Shown here in pieces: positions 41,873 through 48,515 of a DNA stretch of 48,515 nt (position 1 is its first letter; each line of letters begins with the position of its first letter). The position numbers and the translations under genes were made by a program. The stretch lies in the NCBI GenBank assembly GCA_017859655.1, contig JAFMMO010000002.1:1-48515 (forward strand), given 5' to 3'. Source of the stretch: Pseudomonadota bacterium (GTDB lineage Bacteria > Planctomycetota > UBA8108 > UBA1146). Under the pieces are notes generated by a model. The model saw only the letters and a program-made list of their open reading frames with translations, was not told where the DNA came from and ran no database searches.

Positions 41873-41888
41873 TGTTCCACGATGGACA
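41873..41888. promoter_or_regulatory. Degenerate parS-like sequence TGTTCCACGATGGACA
   Basis: 14 of 16 positions match the local parS variant. It is preceded by a tandem GGAGTGTTCC (41857-41866 and 41869-41878). It lies between the giant membrane-anchored protein gene and the lipoprotein gene. Confidence 0.3.
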
Positions 41889-41961
41889 GGGGTCGAGGCG
41901 CAGTTTCGAGGCGGTCGGTCACGGAACGGCATCCGGGGAGGGTGATCTCCACCAGACCGGG

Positions 41962-44900
41962 TCACTCCGCGGTGTCGCGCCGATCGAGTCGATCGAAGAG
42001 CCGCAGAGACTCCTCGATGTCCGCCCCGGACCACTGCGAGCCACCCGGGACGGAGCGCACTCGGAAGCTCCGATTGACGAGCCACTCGAGGGAGAGCTCC
42101 CGCTGGGTGAGCGGACGGATCGCCGCCCCCTCCTGAGAGAGGACCTGCACCTTGCTCCGTCCATCTCCCTGGAAGACGAGGGTTCGGGTGCTTCGGCGAT
42201 AGGTCGCGCGATGGCAGACGAGGTGGAACTGCCCTCCCTGGAAGTCGACACCTCCCCAGGAACGCACCTCGCTGATCGGCATGCCGAGGGGGTCTCCCTC
42301 GTCGAGCTCACCTTCCCGCAGGCCGGAGAAGGTCGCGAGCATGTTGTCGGAGTTCATCGTGAAACCGGTGGGGCGATCCGGGTTCTCGGCATCGTCCGGC
42401 GCGAGGCGGATCTCCGCCTTCAGCACATCGACGAAGAGCGCCTCGATCGTGTCGATGCTCCCGGGCACGAGCGTGGTGGGGCGAACGATGAGGATCTCGC
42501 GGGCGATGACCTCGCTGCCGCTGACGCCTCCCTGGGTCAGGGTCTGGAAGCCCCGCCCGTCCGGTGTGTGGATGTGAATGCGATCGCTGTCGACATCCCA
42601 CTCCGCCGTGCTCCCGCGAAACTCGATGAGGCTGTCCCTCTGGGTGAGACGGATCTCATCCGTGGCGACCAGCCGCTCCGGAACCAACTGTCGCTCCGCC
42701 GGGTCGCGGCGGAACCGAAGCGTCATGCGACCGGCCGAGACCTGCCAGGGAAGATGCGCCGAGTCCGGCTCGAGCTCGGGCGCGACCGAGCCCTGATGAA
42801 TCGTCCCGCGCGCTCCTCCCTCGAGGAGGAGGAGCTGGTCGGCGCCTCGATAGACGACATGATCCGCCGAGACCTCATCGTCACCGAACGGAGTTCGGGA
42901 GATGACGCGCTGGGGGCCTCGCCCGCTTCCGAGCCGGAACTCATCCGCGACCGCATCCCAGATCCACTCGTCTCCGACGAGTCGCATCGATCCATCCTCG
43001 ACGGTCAGACCATCGGGTTGATCCGCGCGGACATGCGCGGCGATCACCTCGCCGCTCCGCGCGCCCTTGTCGCTCGCGGCGCCGGCACCCCGAATCTCTG
43101 CGTCCTCGTCCTCTGCGCCCTCGTTGTTCGCCCCCTCGTCGCCCGGACCGACCGCTGCGACCTCGGGAGGGCGGAAGCGAACCTCCGCGGTGTCTCCTCG
43201 AACCACAATGGGGGGGAGGGTCTCCTCTCCATCCTTCGCGGGGCCGAGCCTCTCCCAACGCCCGTTCACCCGACCTCGAGCGAACGCGACCCAGTCGTCG
43301 ATGGAGTACTCGAGCTCCTGCGCCGCGATGTCGGCACGGCCCTCGAGGATCATCCTCTGCTCGCCTTCGCCGCCCGCGATGATGCGGGACCGGGCGCCAT
43401 CCCAGTCGACCTCTCGCGCGAGGAATCGCAGGGTCCGCTCACCGCGATGCTCGAGGAGGAGAGGTGCCGCCTCCGTTCCCCAGCCGCGAATGCGGGAGAG
43501 CTGATGGTCGGCATCGGAAGAGAGCAGGACCCGCTCCGCCTCGAGACGGGTTCGGACCGCGCCGGGCTCCAGCCCCTCCGGGCTCCACCATTGCGCCCAG
43601 CGCTCATCCATCCCGGCCGGGGGCTCGACGAGGTCGACCGCGACCTCTCCCTCGAACTCCAGAACGGTGGAGAGGAGCGACACCCCGATCCTGCGGGCGG
43701 AGCCTCGGTTCCTCCCCTCGATGAACTCGGGGAGTCGATCATCCGCGCCAGGGATGATGCTGACCATCCCCGCCTCGGGGTCGTAGCTCATCTCACCCCC
43801 GAGGACGACCGCGCCATCCTCACGCTGCTCGCGCAGCGTCACGCGATCCCCGGCCGCGGCGACCGCGCGCAGCGACCGCAGGGACTGCTTCCTCGATTCC
43901 GACGAGTAGGTCAGAGTCGCGGTCTGCGCGAGCATCTCCCAGTCGCCGGCGAGCCGCGCATCCCAGCCCTCGGCCGGCGCGTCGCCTTCGCGGGCCGGCG
44001 ACTGCGCGAGCGTGCGACCGCTGAGGCGCGCCCGCACGCCGTTGATGAGTCGGCAGGTCCCGTCGTCGGGACGAAGCCGGGCCGCCCCGGCCGTGACGAC
44101 CCCGAGATCGCCGACGATGCGCACCGCGCCATCGAGGCGCGCCTCGCGATCGCCTCGCGACCACTCCAGTCGATCTCCCTCGACCCGGTAGCTCTCCCCG
44201 AAGCGGATCTGAACCGGCTCCTCACGCTTCTCCGCGACCAGTCGGGTGATCGCTCGCGTCTCGGTGTCGAGCTCGAGGGAGAGGCGCTCGCACCGGAAGT
44301 GATGCGCAGGGAGGTCGACGACCTCCGGGGGATTGAGCGAGGTCTCCTCCGGGACCTGGTAGATGAAGATCGGCCCCTCGATGTTCGCGGTGGAGTTCGC
44401 CGGATCGATGCGCATCGCGCCGAGGCTGAAGAGGTGGACCCGACTCCCCGATCCGCCCTCCGATTCACCCGCCGCGGGCGCACCCTCGAAGCCGAGGATG
44501 CTGCCGGTGGCGTCGCTCGGGAGCGCCACCACGAGTGGCGGGAGGAGCTCGATCGAGCTCAGGCCGGACTGACCCGCGACCTCGGCCTCGAAGCCGCTCT
44601 GGGTCCGCAGGGTCACGGCGGGATAGCGGAGATCGAGGCGCTCCTCTCCGGAGAGCCGGGCGTGGGAGTCATCGTCCCAGACGATCCGACCGTCACGGGT
44701 GACGAACTCGGGGTATCCGGTCTCCATCCCCTTGCCGGTCAGCGCGCCGATGAGCTCGACCTCGCTGGTGCTGCGCGCGCGGGGCGCACCATCCTGCAGG
44801 CCGGCGAGCGCGTCGTAGCGGACCTCCTCGATGGTCAGGAGGAAGCTGTCGACCGGCTCGATCGCATCCCGATCGGAATAGAGCGGCAGCTCCAGCTTCA

Positions 44901-45234
44901 CATCCTCGAAGAGGAACTCCTGCATCTGGGTCCGCATCGTCACATCCATGCGGACGGCGCTCGCGAGCGCCCCCTCGATGAAGAACAGGGGGCGCCCGAG
45001 GTCGTAGTCGGTCTCCTCGGTGCGGAGGAGGTTGCGGATCGGTCCGGTCGCCCCGCCTCCGACGACTCCCTCATCCGCGGGCTCGCCCGGGAGAGGATCC
45101 TCACCGGAGTCGACGAGGTCGACCGCGCCCGGCCCGGCCTTCCCGGGGAACATGGCCCCGAACTGTCCCGAGACGAGGAGGAAGAGCACGAGCCCGATCG
45201 AGAAGACCGCGAGGAAGAAACCGAAGCGTCTCAT
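41962..45234 (-). CDS. Very large (1090 aa) N-terminally membrane-anchored protein, possibly a multi-domain LptC/LptA (OstA)-like protein
   Basis: ATG 45234 follows GGAAGAGGGA and lies 25 nt downstream of the kdsC stop. Single N-terminal TM helix MRRFGFFLAVFSIGLVLFLLV. The rest is soluble and beta-rich with recurring LptA-like segments. The functional call is inferred from synteny and pattern only. Confidence 0.55.
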   Translation of the reverse strand: MRRFGFFLAVFSIGLVLFLLVSGQFGAMFPGKAGPGAVDLVDSGEDPLPGEPADEGVVGGGATGPIRNLLRTEETDYDLGRPLFFIEGALASAVRMDVTMRTQMQEFLFEDVKLELPLYSDRDAIEPVDSFLLTIEEVRYDALAGLQDGAPRARSTSEVELIGALTGKGMETGYPEFVTRDGRIVWDDDSHARLSGEERLDLRYPAVTLRTQSGFEAEVAGQSGLSSIELLPPLVVALPSDATGSILGFEGAPAAGESEGGSGSRVHLFSLGAMRIDPANSTANIEGPIFIYQVPEETSLNPPEVVDLPAHHFRCERLSLELDTETRAITRLVAEKREEPVQIRFGESYRVEGDRLEWSRGDREARLDGAVRIVGDLGVVTAGAARLRPDDGTCRLINGVRARLSGRTLAQSPAREGDAPAEGWDARLAGDWEMLAQTATLTYSSESRKQSLRSLRAVAAAGDRVTLREQREDGAVVLGGEMSYDPEAGMVSIIPGADDRLPEFIEGRNRGSARRIGVSLLSTVLEFEGEVAVDLVEPPAGMDERWAQWWSPEGLEPGAVRTRLEAERVLLSSDADHQLSRIRGWGTEAAPLLLEHRGERTLRFLAREVDWDGARSRIIAGGEGEQRMILEGRADIAAQELEYSIDDWVAFARGRVNGRWERLGPAKDGEETLPPIVVRGDTAEVRFRPPEVAAVGPGDEGANNEGAEDEDAEIRGAGAASDKGARSGEVIAAHVRADQPDGLTVEDGSMRLVGDEWIWDAVADEFRLGSGRGPQRVISRTPFGDDEVSADHVVYRGADQLLLLEGGARGTIHQGSVAPELEPDSAHLPWQVSAGRMTLRFRRDPAERQLVPERLVATDEIRLTQRDSLIEFRGSTAEWDVDSDRIHIHTPDGRGFQTLTQGGVSGSEVIAREILIVRPTTLVPGSIDTIEALFVDVLKAEIRLAPDDAENPDRPTGFTMNSDNMLATFSGLREGELDEGDPLGMPISEVRSWGGVDFQGGQFHLVCHRATYRRSTRTLVFQGDGRSKVQVLSQEGAAIRPLTQRELSLEWLVNRSFRVRSVPGGSQWSGADIEESLRLFDRLDRRDTAE

Positions 45235-45259
45235 CGTCCCTCTTCCGTCACCGTGGTGT

Positions 45260-45805
45260 TCATCCCTGCTCCTGCGCGGAGAGGATCCAGTCGCAGACCT
45301 CGCGGACGGCGCCGGCCCCCCCGGCACGGGTCGTCTCGGCGACCGCTGCGGCCTTCACCTCGGGGATCGCGTTCGCCACCGCGACCGGGAGTCCGACCTC
45401 CGCCATCGCGGAGAGGTCGACGAGGTCATCCCCGACGAAGACGGTGCGCGCCGGATCGACCTGGAGGGACGCCATGATCTCGAGGACCTTCGGACCCTTG
45501 TGCTCGACCCCGGACCAGGCGTGCTCGATTCCCAGCTCGCGGGCCCGGGCCTCGACCACGGCGCTCCGGCGACCGGAGACCAGGGCGACCGGGATTCCCG
45601 CTCTCAGGAGTCGGCGGATCCCCGCCCCATCGGGGACATGAAAGCGCTTCATCTCGTTCCCTTGGCCGTCGAGCCAGATCGAGTTGTCGGTGAGGACCCC
45701 ATCGACATCGAGGATCAGGAGACGAGGCGGGCTCTCCCGAAACGGACCGGGAGCTCGGGCGGAGGGGATGAGGTCGGAGCCCGAAGTCGGCTTTTCTGGG
45801 GACAA
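45260..45805 (-). CDS. kdsC: 3-deoxy-D-manno-octulosonate 8-phosphate phosphatase KdsC (HAD superfamily)
   Basis: LLILDVDGVLTD (DxD nucleophile motif) ... FHV.DG.GIRRL...GI.VA.VSGR.S.....RA.ELGI......V..K......I........VGDDL.DL..M...GL.VAVANA. TTG start follows GGAGGA. Confidence 0.85.
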   Translation of the reverse strand: MSPEKPTSGSDLIPSARAPGPFRESPPRLLILDVDGVLTDNSIWLDGQGNEMKRFHVPDGAGIRRLLRAGIPVALVSGRRSAVVEARARELGIEHAWSGVEHKGPKVLEIMASLQVDPARTVFVGDDLVDLSAMAEVGLPVAVANAIPEVKAAAVAETTRAGGAGAVREVCDWILSAQEQG

Positions 45806-46089
45806 TCTCGTGTTCCTCCGGCGCGGAGGGGCGCTCCACGGGTCGGGGAGAGGGTCCCCCGCGCGGATCCCGGCGGGGCGGATGGACTCAGTTTCGGCGG
45901 GGTCGGTGGGAACGCAAGGGATTCGCGCGCCGCAATGAACTCACCCGAGAGCCGGAAAAGCGCGACCGGGAAACGACATCCGGGATCGAGTCGCCGCCCC
46001 CATCCGTGGTATCCTGCGGGCGCCCTCGGGGGAGGAGACGCTCCGGCGTGCCCCCCGGACGAGGGCGAGCGCGAAGAGGGGTTGAGTCC

Positions 46090-47253
46090 ATGCTTTACGG
46101 TCGAGACGACGAGCCGAGTCGGCCCGCGGACTCCGCGGAGGGGAAACGCCCGCCCCGCGCGGCAGCTCCGGGAACCGAAAAGCCCGTAAACCCCAAATCT
46201 AAAACGCCTTACAATCCAGCCGAGGCCCCCGAGGGATCATCGCCCGACCCGATCCTCGACCGAGGCGGTCTCTCCCTCGGCGGGGGACACGCGGCTGAGG
46301 CCCCCCGGCGCAGGGAAGGGGGGAAGCCCACCCCGCCCGCCCCAGCCGATCGCGGAGTGCTCGCCCCCGAGTCAGAAGTCCATTCACTGTCGGGACTTCC
46401 GACCACGGAGCGATTCACCGCGCCGACCTCGACCGACTCCGGAGCGACCCCCTCGGAGACTCCGGCGACCGCAGGGGAAGCCCTCCCCTCGCATCAGACG
46501 ATCGACCCCGTGTTCCGTCCCGACCTGGAGAGCTTCTCCGGGCCTTTCGAGCTGCTCCTCTACCTGATCCACAAGGACGAGGTGGATATCTTCGACATCC
46601 CGATCGCCGGGATCCTGAAGCAGTTCCTCCAGCATGTCCGGGATCTCGAGGCGAGCGGCAAGCTCGACCTCCAGGAGAGCGGCGAGTACCTCGTCATGGC
46701 CGCCCGCCTGATGGAGATCAAGTCGCGAATGCTCCTGCCGGATGACGCGGAGGAGGAGGAGGACCTGCTCGAGGCGGAGACCGAGGACCCCCGCTGGTCC
46801 CTCGTCCAGCAGCTCCTCGAGTTCAGCGTGATCAAGCAGCGGGCCGAGCTCCTCGAGCGGGCCCACCGCAGCCGCTCCCTCGCCTATGAGCGCCTGCCGG
46901 GGGATCTCCCTCCTCCGGAGCCGGGCAGCCTCGAGCTGCGGGAGACCTCCACCCTCGACCTGCGGGCTGCGTTCCAGCGGGTGCTCGACCTCCTGCGGGA
47001 GCGCGATGCCGTGCGCGTCGTCCCCGGCGAGGAGATCCCGATCGAGGTCGCGATGGCGGGGATTCGCGATCAGCTCCTTGAAGCGGACAACCGTCGGCAG
47101 CCCTTCAGCACCCTCTTCCCGCGGGATCTCGGCCTGCGCGGCCTCATCTCCTACTTCATGGCACTCCTCGAGCTCACGCGCCTTCGTCATCTCCAACTGG
47201 AGCAGAACGATGACTTCGGGGACATCCTGGTGATTCTCCGCGAGGCCGCATGA
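46090..47253 (+). CDS. scpA: Segregation and condensation protein A (ScpA) with a long low-complexity N-terminal extension
   Basis: Core FSGPFELLLYLIHKDEVDIFDIPIAGILKQFLQHV....L....EYLVMAARLMEIKSRMLLP. The start is uncertain. The ORF is open from GTG 46006. ATG 46090 is chosen here. An in-frame GTG at 46510 would give a canonical-length ScpA. Confidence 0.75.
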   Translation: MLYGRDDEPSRPADSAEGKRPPRAAAPGTEKPVNPKSKTPYNPAEAPEGSSPDPILDRGGLSLGGGHAAEAPRRREGGKPTPPAPADRGVLAPESEVHSLSGLPTTERFTAPTSTDSGATPSETPATAGEALPSHQTIDPVFRPDLESFSGPFELLLYLIHKDEVDIFDIPIAGILKQFLQHVRDLEASGKLDLQESGEYLVMAARLMEIKSRMLLPDDAEEEEDLLEAETEDPRWSLVQQLLEFSVIKQRAELLERAHRSRSLAYERLPGDLPPPEPGSLELRETSTLDLRAAFQRVLDLLRERDAVRVVPGEEIPIEVAMAGIRDQLLEADNRRQPFSTLFPRDLGLRGLISYFMALLELTRLRHLQLEQNDDFGDILVILREAA

Positions 47254-48233
47254 GAGTTCTCTTCCTCGGGTCGGGGCCGTTCGGCCTCCCGACCCTCGAG
47301 CGACTCGCCGGGGCGAGTCTCGACCTCGTCGTGGGCACGGTCCCCGATGCTCCGAGCGGCCGGAAGCGACGCCTCGAGCCGACGGTGATCAAGCAACGAG
47401 CCCTCGAGCTCGGCCTCGAAGTCCATGAGGTCGACTCGCTCAAAGGCGGTCGGGGACCGGAGTTCCTCAGGAGTCTCGAGGCGGAGCTCGTGATCACCTG
47501 CGACTTCCGGCTGATCCTCGGCCGGAAGTTCCTGGCCGCCCCAGCGCGGGGCTGCTTCAACCTTCATGGCAGCCTCCTCCCCGCCTGGCGAGGAGCCGCG
47601 CCGGTCGCACGGGGGGTGCTCGCGGGGGACCGAACCTTTGGCGTGACCCTCTACCGAATGGTCCATTCCCTCGATGCGGGCCTCTCGTGGCGATGCGGGA
47701 TCATGTCCCCTCCGAGCCGCCCGGAGACGGGGGCCCTCGAAGACCACCTCTCGCGGGTCGCAGCCGACCTCCTCGAGGAGTGGCTCCCGGTTCTTCGCAG
47801 CGGGAGCGTGCCCCTGACCGATCAGGACGCTACGATGGCCACCTACGCCCCAAAGCTGGAGAAGGGGGAGGGTTGGATCGACTGGGGTCGACCCGCCCGC
47901 AGCATCGAATGTCAGGTGCGAGGGTTGAAGCCCTGGCCCCGGGCCTTCACCGAGTGGGTGAGTGACGCTGACGGTGGCGCCACCCGCATCTTCATCGATC
48001 GGGCCGAGGTGGAGGAGACCTCCGCCGACCCGGCCACCCCCCCGGGAGAGGTCCGCTCCGCGGACGACACCGGGATCCGCGTCGCCTGCGGCGACGGCAC
48101 CGAGACCCTGCGCGTCCTCGACCTCCAGAGGGCGGGGAAACGCTCCCTCACCGCGCAGGAGTTCCTGCGTGGATTCTCCTTTCGAGACGGTCGCTTCCGA
48201 GTGTCGTCTCCCCGAACCGAAGAGGCCTCATGA
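47250..48233 (+). CDS. fmt: Methionyl-tRNA formyltransferase
   Basis: MRVLFLGSGPFGLPTLERL, NLHGSLLPAWRGAAPV and YAPKLEKGEGWIDW are present. The start overlaps the scpA stop (ATGA). Confidence 0.9.
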   Translation: MRVLFLGSGPFGLPTLERLAGASLDLVVGTVPDAPSGRKRRLEPTVIKQRALELGLEVHEVDSLKGGRGPEFLRSLEAELVITCDFRLILGRKFLAAPARGCFNLHGSLLPAWRGAAPVARGVLAGDRTFGVTLYRMVHSLDAGLSWRCGIMSPPSRPETGALEDHLSRVAADLLEEWLPVLRSGSVPLTDQDATMATYAPKLEKGEGWIDWGRPARSIECQVRGLKPWPRAFTEWVSDADGGATRIFIDRAEVEETSADPATPPGEVRSADDTGIRVACGDGTETLRVLDLQRAGKRSLTAQEFLRGFSFRDGRFRVSSPRTEEAS

Positions 48234-48515
48234 CCCCTCCCGCAGACGGAGCCCCCGAGGAGAAGCGTCGCGATCCGGCGATGCCATCGACCTCCCGCGC
48301 TCCCGGAGAGTCGCCCTCCCCGCCCCGGAAGCCGCGACCGAGCGGAGACCGACCCCGCTGGGGGGACCGCCCCCGTCGGGACTCCTTCGATCGCGACCGC
48401 GGACCCCGCCGCGATGATCGCCCGCGCGGCGACCAACGCCGTGACCGCGACGACCGGCCTCGCTGGGGGGACCGCCCCCGTCGGGACTCCTTCGATCGCG
48501 ACCGCGGACCCCGCC
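48230..48515 (+). CDS. Hypothetical Arg/Asp/Pro-rich protein, N-terminal fragment (runs off the window end)
   Basis: ATG 48230 overlaps the fmt stop (ATGA). The frame is open to the window end, which is why it is absent from the ORF track. GC3 is high. Translation: MTPPADGAPEEKRRDPAMPSTSRAPGESPSPPRKPRPSGDRPRWGDRPRRDSFDRDRGPRRDDRPRGDQRRDRDDRPRWGDRPRRDSFDRDRGPR... Confidence 0.5.
   Translation, partial: MTPPADGAPEEKRRDPAMPSTSRAPGESPSPPRKPRPSGDRPRWGDRPRRDSFDRDRGPRRDDRPRGDQRRDRDDRPRWGDRPRRDSFDRDRGPR
48356..48515 (+). repeat. Perfect 55-nt direct repeat (48356-48410 and 48461-48515), 105-nt period, inside the Arg/Asp-rich ORF
   Basis: CGCTGGGGGGACCGCCCCCGTCGGGACTCCTTCGATCGCGACCGCGGACCCCGCC occurs twice, identically. 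The second copy is cut by the window end. Confidence 0.9.

Noticed and set aside
41713-45477. A 1254-aa + strand ORF opposite the kdsC-linked giant gene
   Set aside because: It is R/G/E/D/L-rich low-complexity sequence with no signal peptide or motifs. The minus-strand frame has a TM anchor, an RBS and tight coupling to kdsC.
1-48515. A search for mobile elements, integrases, toxin-antitoxin pairs, restriction-modification or other defence systems, DnaA boxes and rRNA genes
   Set aside because: No transposase or integrase-like ORFs were seen. Terminal inverted repeats flanking genes, phage-like genes, defence-associated domains, TTATCCACA-type boxes and rRNA-like sequence were also absent. 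The window looks like core chromosome.

Overview
This is a very GC-rich bacterial chromosomal window; third codon positions are almost always G or C. That composition produces many long spurious antisense ORFs in the six-frame track. I support about 41 protein-coding genes. I found no rRNA, tRNA, CRISPR array, transposase, integrase or recognisable defence genes. All homology calls were made by eye from motifs, and no searches were run.

Layout, left to right:
- The 3' end of hrpB, an ABC-F ATPase, tandem DUF1579 paralogs, DUF1080 proteins and a SOUL-family protein.
- A phosphoanhydride cluster: a PPi-type PFK, ppk1, ppx, a sixA-like gene and a CHAD-domain gene.
- Secreted or lipoprotein enzymes: a CRTAC1/FG-GAP protein, a Tat-signal Hyi-like isomerase and an HEXXH metalloprotease.
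- A cyclic-nucleotide pair (a class II PDE-like MBL protein plus a cNMP-binding-domain protein) and an orphan GroES-like gene.
- A 5.2-kb gene for a 1736-aa secreted protein with 15 Ig-like repeats of exactly 255 nt.
- A membrane C39-type peptidase and a protein with two cohesin-like domains. This protein and the giant protein share a C-terminal dockerin-like module.
- A TolC-family gene followed by three prepilin-like genes.
- parA-parB with two parS palindromes.
- kdsC, a 1090-aa membrane-anchored protein that may be LptC/LptA-like, a lipoprotein gene and tatA.
- scpA, fmt and a partial gene for an Arg/Asp-rich protein at the window end.

The gene content (KdsC, TolC, Tat, lipoboxes) indicates a diderm. 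The DUF1080, DUF1579, CRTAC1 and dockerin-like repertoire resembles the PVC group or allied phyla, but that is inference only.

The most interesting candidate for an undescribed system is the 23.3-32.5 kb surface-protein locus. The next most interesting are the kdsC-linked giant protein and the TolC plus pseudopilin operon.
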